Shown here: piece by piece, positions 49,650-59,329 of the stretch
How the letters are laid out: each line of letters starts with the position of its first letter
Numbering within the stretch: position 1 is the stretch's first letter
Origin: Candidatus Bathyarchaeota archaeon
Lineage (GTDB): Archaea; Thermoproteota; Bathyarchaeia; Bathyarchaeales; Bathycorpusculaceae
Length of the DNA: 64,000 nt
NCBI GenBank assembly: GCA_963811105.1
Contig: CAWEPZ010000011.1
Location: forward strand, 640,001 to 704,000
Direction: 5' to 3'
The notes under the pieces: model-generated
What the model was told of the DNA's origin: nothing
Database searches by the model: none
The model's input: the letters and a program-made list of their open reading frames with translations, nothing else
Position numbers and translations under genes: made by a program

Positions 49650-51510
49650 TTCTTTTTCTCCTGTAAGCAATAGTCACAGCAGGGAGAGCCATGAGAATTG
49701 CAAATGCTACGCAAGAGGCTAATAATTCAAAATCTCTGACCTGCCCATCTATATTATTTGCCAATTGGCTGGACTGATCAGCATTTTGTGCACTAATCTC
49801 TCTGGTATTGTATTCTGAGATGTACCTTGAATGAGTTTCATCAGAAGGATAGCTTTCACTTGAGGGGTAGGGGTAACTAGTCATGTTATGAAACGGTAAG
49901 GCATCCACAGTGAATGGCACGTATGGCAATCCTTCTCCTTTGAACCAGGCGGAAGCAACAACAAAATAGTCGCGAACCATACCTTTGGGAACAGCCGTCT
50001 CATCTGTGAACTTCAATTGCACGCTATCTCCCTGACGACCCACAACGAACATGTCATCAGCGCTTGAGATCAAGCCAGATACATCTCCATGGCGGGTAAA
50101 CTTGCCAGAAGAAGTTGAATTGGTTTCAAAAGCTTGGCTAAACATGGCTGAGTAAGGTGAAGAGTCGTGAACACTCATGTTTTGTTGGGCAGTAGTATCA
50201 ACTCCTAAATAATCAAAACAGTAGTCTTGATAGTAATGAATTCTAATCGAATAATCATTTGTAAAGAAAATACCAGTTAAGTTTACCACAAAGTTACTAT
50301 TATCCACAGGCGGTATTGGAAATTCTCTATCGTCGGAAACTTTCACCCATTTGCCATTCGCATCTTTAACCTCAATGTACGGAGGAGGCGACGGTGTAAC
50401 TCCTGGTTGACTTGAGAATTGCGAAGCCCAATTTCCCCCCGCCTCGTTTGTGGGCCAACTGGTTACTGCATTGACTACAAGTTTTATTTCCTTGGCACTT
50501 GATAAGTTGCCTAGGTTTAGTTCTAAAGTGTTCCAGGTCCATCTTGTGGCGGTTGTGTAGTTTGAGTCTATTTTGGAGATTTGGGGCAGCACATTTTCTC
50601 CATTGTTGATAGCCGAAAGTGGCGTTGCAAGATTTTTGCTGACAGTGTAAATTGTGCCAGGTCCCGAAAGACTATACAAGTAAGTGCCGCGGGTTGAATA
50701 AACATCTACATTTGGGGAATGATCTACAGTAAGTAACTTTACTGAATCTAAATAGAAGATCTCGTTTGATTGCTCGGTAATAGTCATGTCATAATAGCCG
50801 TTTACTGGCTGCAGAATGCTTGGGTTTAGCTTCATGTAAGACCAAGGATCGCTATTCGCAAATACTATGGATCCGTCAGCGTTGTAGTAGTCAACAAAGC
50901 CTAGCCACCCTGGACCATCAGAAACCTCCGAAGCATGAACATACCCCGTCCCATTCCAAACAAATAACGAAGGACACGATGTCCAACTCCTCGAACCACC
51001 GGAACTCCCAGAGCTAGATCCGCCAGAACCTCCAGTTCCAGAGTTTCCGGAACCTATCGTTATGGTTGGTTGGGGAGTTGGTGCGGGTGTAGCCGCTATC
51101 GGTGCATCAATTTTTAAAGTACTGCTTAAATTTCCAATATAAATTCCGTATATCCCGGAGTTTGGCTCGATTAAAGTAAAGTCTACAGTAGAATTTTGTC
51201 CGCCAGAAAGTGTCAGAGGTTTGCTTTCTCTTAAGGTTCCATTAATCCAGAGATCAGCAGAGTAGTTACCAGTTTGTTGACCCAAGTTTTCTACCTTAAC
51301 TGTGACCACAGCAGGCTGGTTAATACTTGTCTCAGTAGGAGCAACGGTCAAATTGCTAACTATAAACGATGCCGGTCTTAATACCGGATTTGCCGCGGCA
51401 ACTGCTTTGGAGGTTAAGTGACTATAATAATAAATTCCACTCACCACAGCAACTGCCACTATGGCTAATATTAAAATCGATTTAAAAGTGGTGGATAATT
51501 CAAGTTTCAT
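49570..51510 (-). CDS. Exported protein with CARDB/Ig domain and SCP-motif C-terminal domain
   Basis: N-terminal TM, CARDB-like unit, Gly/Ser linker, 'SCPSLFVWNG','LPFHNMTSYPY..EYNTR', C-terminal TM. Confidence 0.8.
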   Translation of the reverse strand: MKLELSTTFKSILILAIVAVAVVSGIYYYSHLTSKAVAAANPVLRPASFIVSNLTVAPTETSINQPAVVTVKVENLGQQTGNYSADLWINGTLRESKPLTLSGGQNSTVDFTLIEPNSGIYGIYIGNLSSTLKIDAPIAATPAPTPQPTITIGSGNSGTGGSGGSSSGSSGGSRSWTSCPSLFVWNGTGYVHASEVSDGPGWLGFVDYYNADGSIVFANSDPWSYMKLNPSILQPVNGYYDMTITEQSNEIFYLDSVKLLTVDHSPNVDVYSTRGTYLYSLSGPGTIYTVSKNLATPLSAINNGENVLPQISKIDSNYTTATRWTWNTLELNLGNLSSAKEIKLVVNAVTSWPTNEAGGNWASQFSSQPGVTPSPPPYIEVKDANGKWVKVSDDREFPIPPVDNSNFVVNLTGIFFTNDYSIRIHYYQDYCFDYLGVDTTAQQNMSVHDSSPYSAMFSQAFETNSTSSGKFTRHGDVSGLISSADDMFVVGRQGDSVQLKFTDETAVPKGMVRDYFVVASAWFKGEGLPYVPFTVDALPFHNMTSYPYPSSESYPSDETHSRYISEYNTREISAQNADQSSQLANNIDGQVRDFELLASCVAFAILMALPAVTIAYRRKRNEGKDKMVSNWFGVGNINCWFGRFLF

Positions 51511-51665
51511 GACATCAATATCTCTGTCATTTGCATTTATAAACTTGGTACATTCGTTGATTGTTGGACGCTAAATAGTAGATTGAGCTATTTTGAATTT
51601 TTCAATGTTTCTAAAGAAGATATTTAAACCAAAAAAAGAGAAGGAAAGATTTGGGTTATTGACTC

Positions 51666-54347
51666 TTATGCTCGTTTTCTTAGTATGAGCAAACCTACAA
51701 TTGCGACTGCGATGATTACAGCTATACCTGTTCCAACGATGTACATTTCATACGGTGGGAACACTACAGCTCCCTGTGTTGGCGTTGCTGTTGCGGTTGG
51801 TGCTTCGCTGACTATAGCGTGTGTTTCTGCCCATGAACTGCCATAGGAATTGTCGCCTGCAAAACTCGCGGTTATTGAGTATTGCCCTTCAATTGTTGGC
51901 GTCCACTTGTATGCGAATGTGCCGCTGGCGTCGCTTGTGGTATCTCCAATGTGTACGGTGTTTCCGTTAGGATCTAATGCATCAATGGAAACTGGAACAC
52001 CAATCACCGTCATGTTGTGGTACATTCCATCGATTGGTTGTTGATTGTATAGGTATTCCATGTATGTGTTCATTGTAGCGTCAGAAACGCATGCGACATC
52101 TACTAGTCCGCGGTTGTTTTTCATGGGTGCTTTTGCGCCGATTGGAGCGGTTGATGCCGGAACGATGCCTGGAGATTGGTCTAAGACTGAGCCGGATATA
52201 ACGACACTTGTTCCAGTGGTAATTTGAGTTTGCGGAATTGAAACAGAGGTTGCACTTGTGCCCTTGCCGAAGATGTACATGTAGCCGTCGTATTTGTCTT
52301 CAAAGGTTAAGTATCCGTCTGCTATTGCGCCCGGTGATCCACCGTCCATTTTACTCCATATTACTGCGCCTGTGGTTGCGTTGAGGCACCAAAGCCGCCA
52401 ATCTCTGTTCAAAGGTTCAGTTGGAGAGTGCTCACCGTTTGCATAATAGAGTTTTCCATCAGCGATTGTTGGGGCGTTGCTGAAAAGCGAAATAGATGGG
52501 TACCATGGAGACTCAAATGGTGTTCCTGGTGGAACAAAGTTCCAGGCTATTTTGCCTGTGTTCCAGTCGATTGCATAGAATCCACCGTAAGAGAAGTCAT
52601 AAAGTAAGCCACCGTAGGAAGCAGTCGTGTAAGGTCCGAAGTCTCCCCAAGGATACGATTCACCGCCACTTGAACCAGGTTTTGCAGTTTGCCATGCTAA
52701 TTGGCCTGCTTTGCTGCCTGTTATGTACCAGCTGTCCCACCATCCACCTAGGACACGAACTGCATACATGCCGTGGTCTGCGCATCCTGTGCTTGTGCTG
52801 AAGAAGACGTCGTTTGTTGTGACGTTCCATAGTACTTGACCTGTGGTTAAACTTACACCATAGATAAATTGTCCTTGTGTGGTGCCTGCGCCTGCTGGAG
52901 TTACTGAGCCAGTGTAAACGGATACCATTGATTCATAATCGGTTGTCCCTAAACTGCTTAATGGATAGGTAATGTTGTTTAGCACTGTGATTGATGTTGC
53001 GCTGCCGCTCATTGAAACTCCGATTGTTGTCCAGTTGACTAGGTAGTATTTTCCGCCCAGGTTTTGAATGCTTAAGACATAGGGATCGTTATAGAATGTG
53101 GCTGTGCTAAAAGGTAAGGAAATGTTCATCTGGACTGCACCGCTGTAAGGGTCGTATTTTATCATTCTTGTGCCACTTATGTACAGAAGTGAGTATGTGC
53201 CCGAGCCCATGCCTGTTTGTCCTGCACCCGGTTCCGAGGATACAACATTGTTATATGTTACTATGGTTGGGGTTTGTGTGATGCCTGTCTGTTCCCAGTA
53301 GATTGCGCCTGTGCGTATGTCATAGCACTGCCATACACTTACTGTTTCTTGCAATGTGGTGCCGTTAATTACTTCAGTCATTGGTTTGCTTATTGTTTGG
53401 TAGCCTCTGCCTTGGAAGATTATGTTTGGAGTTCCAGAGTAGGCACTTTCGCCTGGGCCGACCGAACGTATACCGTATTGTCCACCGCTAATTCCACCTA
53501 ATGCGCCTTCTCTTGCCCAAACTACGTGTGCAGTTTCAGGTCCTTGAACGTAGGGTGTGAACTTGTAGTTGTTTGCATAAGCATTGGTGTTTGCTGGCCA
53601 TCCTGGATAGGCACTCCCGCCTTGTCCAACGAATGGGTATTGTCCACCGATAGGCCACCATTCTCTATCAACGATGGATATGGGTCTTGTCCAGTAGTCA
53701 GTTGGCAATGGTGCAGCAGGGAATGAAGCTACCACTTCTTGTTGTACGTTGACTGTTGTTACGGGGCTTTGAGAGGGCTGGTAGTAAGCTGAATCCAAGT
53801 AGATTGGATTGCCGAAAGAGCTCACGCCGAGCAGAAGTGAAGCGGGAATGTCTGAAGCTTTATTGTATACAGCCCCGTTAAAGTATGTTCCATTAGGGAA
53901 ATAGTTGCCTGCAAAATTAAATACGAATGTCCATGCTCCTACTTGGTCAGGAACAAAAGTGAACCAGGCCGTCGCGTCTCCTTGATAAGAGTTTAATGGA
54001 CCTACAGTTTGTTTTGTTCCGTCTGGCTTTGTGATTGTAACGCTATATCCTGAGAAGAAGCGGTTCGTTTGTGCTGGAGGTTCAAGCCACATGTTGACCA
54101 GAAGCGTTTGACCAATGCCTACGGGATAAGGGGTAACGCTCATGAAAGAGGAGGTTGCGATAGTAATGCTTGCAGTGGAACCCTGCGGGATAGTCGTTTG
54201 CCACGGTGCATAAGTCGGTGCTCCAATACTTGTTACATCAGCTTTAGCCGGTAGAGGTATTGTAAATAATATAGCTGAAGCGATCAATAGAACCAAAATG
54301 ATTGACGTTGAGTTCGTTTTCTGCTTTGTCGAAAGATTAAATTGCAT
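51666..54347 (-). CDS. Large PQQ-like beta-propeller surface protein (paralog 3)
   Basis: Same motif series as the other two paralogs. Confidence 0.88.
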   Translation of the reverse strand: MQFNLSTKQKTNSTSIILVLLIASAILFTIPLPAKADVTSIGAPTYAPWQTTIPQGSTASITIATSSFMSVTPYPVGIGQTLLVNMWLEPPAQTNRFFSGYSVTITKPDGTKQTVGPLNSYQGDATAWFTFVPDQVGAWTFVFNFAGNYFPNGTYFNGAVYNKASDIPASLLLGVSSFGNPIYLDSAYYQPSQSPVTTVNVQQEVVASFPAAPLPTDYWTRPISIVDREWWPIGGQYPFVGQGGSAYPGWPANTNAYANNYKFTPYVQGPETAHVVWAREGALGGISGGQYGIRSVGPGESAYSGTPNIIFQGRGYQTISKPMTEVINGTTLQETVSVWQCYDIRTGAIYWEQTGITQTPTIVTYNNVVSSEPGAGQTGMGSGTYSLLYISGTRMIKYDPYSGAVQMNISLPFSTATFYNDPYVLSIQNLGGKYYLVNWTTIGVSMSGSATSITVLNNITYPLSSLGTTDYESMVSVYTGSVTPAGAGTTQGQFIYGVSLTTGQVLWNVTTNDVFFSTSTGCADHGMYAVRVLGGWWDSWYITGSKAGQLAWQTAKPGSSGGESYPWGDFGPYTTASYGGLLYDFSYGGFYAIDWNTGKIAWNFVPPGTPFESPWYPSISLFSNAPTIADGKLYYANGEHSPTEPLNRDWRLWCLNATTGAVIWSKMDGGSPGAIADGYLTFEDKYDGYMYIFGKGTSATSVSIPQTQITTGTSVVISGSVLDQSPGIVPASTAPIGAKAPMKNNRGLVDVACVSDATMNTYMEYLYNQQPIDGMYHNMTVIGVPVSIDALDPNGNTVHIGDTTSDASGTFAYKWTPTIEGQYSITASFAGDNSYGSSWAETHAIVSEAPTATATPTQGAVVFPPYEMYIVGTGIAVIIAVAIVGLLILRKRA

Positions 54348-54549
54348 TTTATCTTTCTCCTTTAGTTTTGAAACCTCTTATCAATGGGCTACTTTTAAAG
54401 TTTGTCAGAAATTTGCCAAGAATAGAAGATTTAGGTCTTCACCATGAAGAGTAAATTAGCAAGACCATTACAACTCAAAAAAGAAAAAATTTGTCGCAAA
54501 AAGAATATAAGGCGAAGCGATTTCGCTGGTAAGTTAACCAACGTTTATG

Positions 54550-55977
54550 CTATTCGCCCAGAATACGTCTGAATGCTGGAAACATTTCTGCTGCCCGCTC
54601 ACGCATTAGTAGTTCGTAGTATTGGTAAATGATGCCTACTGACAGCAAGATGCCCGTGCCTGACCCGAAAGCGCCTAGGAAGTCGGAGAGTCCAGCGATT
54701 AGTCCAACCATGATTCCGCCAAGCACAGTTACCACAGGAATGTAGCGTTTGAGAACAGCTTCTATGGGTCTTCCCGATCTGCGGTAACCTGGAATTTGCA
54801 TGCCTGAATCCATAAGTTGCTGTGCAACTTTTGCAGGTCCCAAACCGCCCACTTCAAGCCAAATTAGCGAGAAGACAGCGCAGAAAGCAACCACAACCGC
54901 TAGGTAACCGACCGCTCTCAACGGGCCTATTGCAACTTGTTGAATGTTCTGTGGTGCAGTAACAAAGTAAGCTAGACCACCAACAGGTTGAACACTGACA
55001 CTACCGGTACTTGATGTTGTCTGGTTAAAGTCGCCTATTATCTGGAATAACAAATTGGTGCCAGGAGGAGGCCGGTGAAATTGGCTCCAGAGTAGTTGAG
55101 AGAAGAAGTAAACGTTTGCGAACAGAGCCGATGCGAATATTACTGGGAGGTTTGAGACGTATAGCAGCTTGATTGGGTATCTGCTTCTGAAGCCTTTGTA
55201 CCCTGCATAACTCATTGGAAGTTCAATTCTGACTCCGTTCAAATAGATAACTATCATGAAGACAATGGCGGTTGCAACGAAGCCAAGCAAGGATGGGTAA
55301 ATTCCGTTGGCTGCACCAAATACCCATGTAAAAAGTGACTGATGCCCGCCTAAGTAACTTGAAAGAGAACCTACAAACAACCCAGTGGTGGGCGAAAATG
55401 TATCCCATAGAATAGTTTGGGCAACACCAGCCATGATAAACAAGCTGATTCCGCTACCCAATCCCCAGCCTTTCTGTACAAGTTCATCCATTAACATAAC
55501 AATTATGCCTGCGGCTATCAGTTGTAGGAAAATGACGATAATGACTGGTCCAGAAAGGCTTGGTCCATACATTCCGCTTATAATGTAAGCTGCAGCCTGA
55601 ATACCAGTGAGCAGAACACTGAAAACTTTGCTTGCCGAAGTGAATAATCCTCGATCTTCAGAATTTGACATGTCGCATTCAATTATGTTTGAACCTGCAA
55701 GCAACTGTAGAATTAAACCAGCTGTAACAATTGGTCCAATGCCTAGTTCCATTAGGGTTCCGCGGTTAGAAGCAAAAATAACGCGCAATGCGCTAAACTG
55801 ATCTGATGCAGATGCTGCAACCCCATAAAGGGGGATTTGAGTCATCACAAGGAAGATAACTAATACAAGAGCTGTCCAGAAGATCTTTTCGTTAAAGCTA
55901 ACTTTTCGCTCGGGCTTCTTTATTTCGGGTAGAATTCTGCCTATAGGTTTAAAGAGTCCGAGGAATCTTCCGGGCAT
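54550..55977 (-). CDS. secY: Preprotein translocase SecY
   Basis: GTLMELGIGPIVTA, GLGSGISLFI, YPIKLLYVSN. Confidence 0.98.
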   Translation of the reverse strand: MPGRFLGLFKPIGRILPEIKKPERKVSFNEKIFWTALVLVIFLVMTQIPLYGVAASASDQFSALRVIFASNRGTLMELGIGPIVTAGLILQLLAGSNIIECDMSNSEDRGLFTSASKVFSVLLTGIQAAAYIISGMYGPSLSGPVIIVIFLQLIAAGIIVMLMDELVQKGWGLGSGISLFIMAGVAQTILWDTFSPTTGLFVGSLSSYLGGHQSLFTWVFGAANGIYPSLLGFVATAIVFMIVIYLNGVRIELPMSYAGYKGFRSRYPIKLLYVSNLPVIFASALFANVYFFSQLLWSQFHRPPPGTNLLFQIIGDFNQTTSSTGSVSVQPVGGLAYFVTAPQNIQQVAIGPLRAVGYLAVVVAFCAVFSLIWLEVGGLGPAKVAQQLMDSGMQIPGYRRSGRPIEAVLKRYIPVVTVLGGIMVGLIAGLSDFLGAFGSGTGILLSVGIIYQYYELLMRERAAEMFPAFRRILGE

Positions 55978-55986
55978 TTAGCAGCT

Positions 55987-56412
55987 TTACTCTCCGTTGG
56001 CTTTGGAGCTAAGGATTTCTCCGCCAGCTTCTTGGATTTTTTTGGCTGCCGATTTAGAGTATGACGAGACCTTTATGGTTAGAGGTTTCGTTACTTTTCC
56101 TGTGCCTAGAAGTTTAGTATAACCTAATTCAGTCAGATTTATTTTTTGTTTTTCCTGACTGCCACTTTGTGTGATTTCTTCTAGTTTTTTGAGGTTTATT
56201 GTGTTTACTTTATTATGAAGACTCTGAGGTGAGGTAAAGCCATTTTTACCGAAGTAATGAGGTTCATGAGTTACAACCCAACTCCACAGGTGCTTATGCC
56301 TTCCAACTTTCCTGTGTCCTTTGGAGCCACTGTCTCGATGTTGACCTATTCTTCCGTAGCCCACAGTCCTGCTGCCTCTAAATTTTCGTATTTTTCTAAG
56401 TTTATGCGGCAT
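55987..56412 (-). CDS. rpl15: Ribosomal protein uL15
   Basis: RGSRT.GYGRIGQHR, GYTKLLGTG. Confidence 0.97.
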   Translation of the reverse strand: MPHKLRKIRKFRGSRTVGYGRIGQHRDSGSKGHRKVGRHKHLWSWVVTHEPHYFGKNGFTSPQSLHNKVNTINLKKLEEITQSGSQEKQKINLTELGYTKLLGTGKVTKPLTIKVSSYSKSAAKKIQEAGGEILSSKANGE

Positions 56413-56878
56413 TATAGTCAGCTTCTTTGTTTATTGCTGTTTCAGCTTTTTTTAGCTTAACTTCAAGTACACCATTCTTGAACTTGGTATACATGACGTC
56501 TGGAATCACTAACTTCGGCAGATTTAAACTTTTATAGTACCTACGATCTTTTGATTTTGCCGACAGTATAAGTTTCTGGTCTTTCAAATGAATTTTGAAG
56601 GTTTCCTTATTAAATCCTGCGATGTCAGCTATTATAATAATGTAGCTGCTTTCTTGGAATATATCAATCAACGGTTTTTGTTCTTGAAAGTTTCGTTGTG
56701 CAAAGCTTTTGGGCGCGCGGAAGTTTGCAGGAACAGAGACTGATTTTGCACGACAAGTGTGTTCTGGTGAGATGTTTACTCGTGGTTTCTTGGTTTTCGC
56801 TATTGTACTGTCAAAATCCAACCATTTTCGATTTTTTGTACTTCGACGCCATTTTGCGCTCGTATCTTTCCCCTCCAA
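56402..56878 (-). CDS. Hsp20/alpha-crystallin family protein
   Basis: 'PLIDIFQE','ADIAGFNKE','RYYKSLNLP','FKNGVLEVKLKK'. Confidence 0.85.
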   Translation of the reverse strand: MEGKDTSAKWRRSTKNRKWLDFDSTIAKTKKPRVNISPEHTCRAKSVSVPANFRAPKSFAQRNFQEQKPLIDIFQESSYIIIIADIAGFNKETFKIHLKDQKLILSAKSKDRRYYKSLNLPKLVIPDVMYTKFKNGVLEVKLKKAETAINKEADYNAA

Positions 56879-57127
56879 TTAACTAACGAATTTCATCTTT
56901 CTAATTATAAAAGATATCGCACATAAAGGGTAAGAAAACGCCAGATTCTCTTAAAGCAATTTACATACTAAAATGTTGACTCCAGACCTAATTTCACCTT
57001 AAGGCGGAAGGTCGAAACAAAGAATCACTTTTAACTCACTCTTCTAACAACCATAACATAATAGGAAAAACCTACTTAAACAGAAAAAAGATGTTGATTA
57101 AAAATTAATGGGAACAACGCTTAGCCT

Positions 57128-57616
57128 TTAGACCATGCGTTTTACTAAAGCGTTAATTGCTTCTCCACGGTAGCCTGATTCGCCGCCTGCGTTAAAGCCC
57201 TTCTTGGTTTTGCCCTTGTAGCCTTTGCTTGGTGGATGCATCTTAAATCGTGCTTCAATATCTGGGAGCTTCTTATATTGTACTTTGCAGCTTACGATTG
57301 CTTCTGCAAGGTCATCGACGGATTTGTAGCCTACTTTTTGGATATATTCATCGGTTAGTTTTTTGTCGCCCGCTAATCTAGCGCGTTTTTGCAGCATCAG
57401 AGCAACGGTTTCTTTTGTGGGCTCGCCATATGTGACATAGCTGTTTACTCGTTGAAGCATGCCTTTGTATGCTGCTCTACTGTCGATTATTACTGCATGG
57501 TTAGTTTGGGCTAAATGCAGGAAGTCAAGGGTTTCTCGTGTTTCTTTTTGGGCACTAACAGTTCCCCTAATCTTGACCACGACAAGGCACTTGTATTCTT
57601 CAGTTTTCTGCGCCAT
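57128..57616 (-). CDS. rpl30: Ribosomal protein uL30
   Basis: VKIRGTV, YVTYGE, HPPSKG, GYRGEAIN. Confidence 0.97.
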   Translation of the reverse strand: MAQKTEEYKCLVVVKIRGTVSAQKETRETLDFLHLAQTNHAVIIDSRAAYKGMLQRVNSYVTYGEPTKETVALMLQKRARLAGDKKLTDEYIQKVGYKSVDDLAEAIVSCKVQYKKLPDIEARFKMHPPSKGYKGKTKKGFNAGGESGYRGEAINALVKRMV

Positions 57617-58276
57617 TTATTTCACCCAGTCCACTTGAGTAATCAAATTATATGTTTTCCGTAAACCGTCAAAGATCGCACATGCGTAGGATGGCACGGT
57701 TCTTGTTGAACCGTAACTTCTCATCCATAAGTCTTTGACCCCGGCTAGGCCTAAGATGACTTTTGCTACTTCACTTGAGACTAAGCCTAAGCCTCTAGGA
57801 CCAGGAACAATAACTACTCGGACACCACCGCATTTTCCTTCAACTTGGAATGGAACTGAATGAGGTTTACCACAACCGCACTCCCAACTGCCGCATCCGC
57901 GCTTTACTGGAATAATGTTTAGACGGGCATTTACAGCAGCCTTCTCAATTGCGTTTCGCACTTGGCTGGCTTTTCCAGAGCCCAAACCGATATAGCCATC
58001 TCTGTTTCCAACGGCAACTATGGCTTTAAAGCGGGACTTTTCGCCAGCGTCAGTTTGTTTCTGCACCAGGTTAACGTTTATGACTTCTTCTTGAAGGTCA
58101 GGAATTAATGAGTCAACTATTTGGGATTCAGAAATCTTTATACCACTTAAGAACACATCTTCGATTGTTGTAATTTTGCCTTCTTGAATAAGCTTACCTA
58201 ATCTAGTTTTTGGAATCCATGCTTCTAAGTTAGTTTCTCGTTCTCTTGGTCTTTGCGAAGATTGACGACGACTCAT
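57617..58276 (-). CDS. rps5: Ribosomal protein uS5
   Basis: WIPKTRLG, VQKQTDAG, RGCGSWEC. Confidence 0.98.
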   Translation of the reverse strand: MSRRQSSQRPRERETNLEAWIPKTRLGKLIQEGKITTIEDVFLSGIKISESQIVDSLIPDLQEEVINVNLVQKQTDAGEKSRFKAIVAVGNRDGYIGLGSGKASQVRNAIEKAAVNARLNIIPVKRGCGSWECGCGKPHSVPFQVEGKCGGVRVVIVPGPRGLGLVSSEVAKVILGLAGVKDLWMRSYGSTRTVPSYACAIFDGLRKTYNLITQVDWVK

Positions 58277-59328
58277 GCTTTCTTTCCACCTTTCTTACTT
58301 GCCTTTTCCTTTGGCGCTGCCTTTTCCTTTGGCGCTGCCTTTTCCTTTGGCGCTGCCTTTTCCTTTGGCGCTGCCTTTTCCTTTGGCGCTGCCTTTTCCT
58401 TTGGCGCTGCCTTTTCCTTTGGCGCTGCCTTTTCCTTTGGCGCTGCCTTTTCCTTTGGCGCTGCCTTTTCCTTTGGCGCTGCCTTTTCCTTTGGCGCTGC
58501 CTTTTCCTTTGGCGCTGCCTTTTCCTTTGGCGCTGCCTTTTCCTTTGGCGCTGCCTTTTCCTTTGATTCAACTGACTTCGGTTTCTTTGCTGCAGGCATG
58601 GGCTTTGCTACTACTTTTTTAGCTGAAGGCTTTTTAACTTCTGTGGGAGTAAGTTTTTCTTCTTTTGAAGGAGCTTTTTCTTCTTTCGCTGGAATAACCT
58701 CTTCGACAGGTGTCTTTTTCTCTGGAACAACTTGTTTTCCAGTCCTAAAGGAATCCATGATTTCTGCCTTGACTTTGGTGAAGTGCTCCGGCATTTTTTC
58801 AGGAGCAACTCCTTTGGCTTTATATTTTGAAAACTTGGCGTTATATTCTTCTGAACCCGCTCCAAGGCTCTTGGCGTACTGGGCTATGTGTTCGCCTTTT
58901 GTGCGCTCTTTAACAATTTTTTCTTCACTATGCGGGATCTCTATGCCAGCGTCTAAAACTCCATTCAATGCGGCGAATATTTTGGCGCCTTTAGTTGGGG
59001 CAACCAAACCGATATCTAAAATGGCTTCTTTAATTCCGTTAGATTTCGCCTTTGAACCGCAAAGCAAACCTGTAAGGTAAGCTGCTGGAATGTTGCCAGT
59101 TGGAGCCTTCCAACTATAGTTTTTAACAAGTTCACGGCTATTGGCTGCAGCTAAAACCTCGTCACCATGCGGCTTAGCGATCAATATTTGTATTGTAATG
59201 TTTCTGTTTGCTGGTCGAGTAACAAGCCTAGGCTTTCTAGAACTTACTAGTGCCTTGCGTGCTTGGTAATCTGTTTTTCCCTCGCGTCTTCGTCTTAATT
59301 GTACGCGGTAATTGCTACTTCTTGCCAT
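58273..59328 (-). CDS. rpl18: Ribosomal protein uL18 with long Lys/Ala/Glu/Pro tail
   Basis: RRRREGKTDY, NIPAAYLTG, LDIG; C-terminal (KEKAAP)14. Confidence 0.95.
   Translation of the reverse strand: MARSSNYRVQLRRRREGKTDYQARKALVSSRKPRLVTRPANRNITIQILIAKPHGDEVLAAANSRELVKNYSWKAPTGNIPAAYLTGLLCGSKAKSNGIKEAILDIGLVAPTKGAKIFAALNGVLDAGIEIPHSEEKIVKERTKGEHIAQYAKSLGAGSEEYNAKFSKYKAKGVAPEKMPEHFTKVKAEIMDSFRTGKQVVPEKKTPVEEVIPAKEEKAPSKEEKLTPTEVKKPSAKKVVAKPMPAAKKPKSVESKEKAAPKEKAAPKEKAAPKEKAAPKEKAAPKEKAAPKEKAAPKEKAAPKEKAAPKEKAAPKEKAAPKEKAAPKEKAAPKEKAAPKEKASKKGGKKA
58301..58564. repeat. Perfect 18-bp tandem repeat x14.7 (GCCTTTTCCTTTGGCGCT)
   Basis: Directly visible; encodes KEKAAP in uL18. Confidence 0.97.
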
Positions 59329-59329
59329 C

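Noticed and set aside
58230-59080. Repeat as a CRISPR array, or the alternative-frame ORFs (RKRQRQ, WRCLFL, FGAAFS, PLALPF)
   Set aside because: No spacers; the repeat is in frame within uL18 and the other frames are shadows of a stop-free 18-mer.
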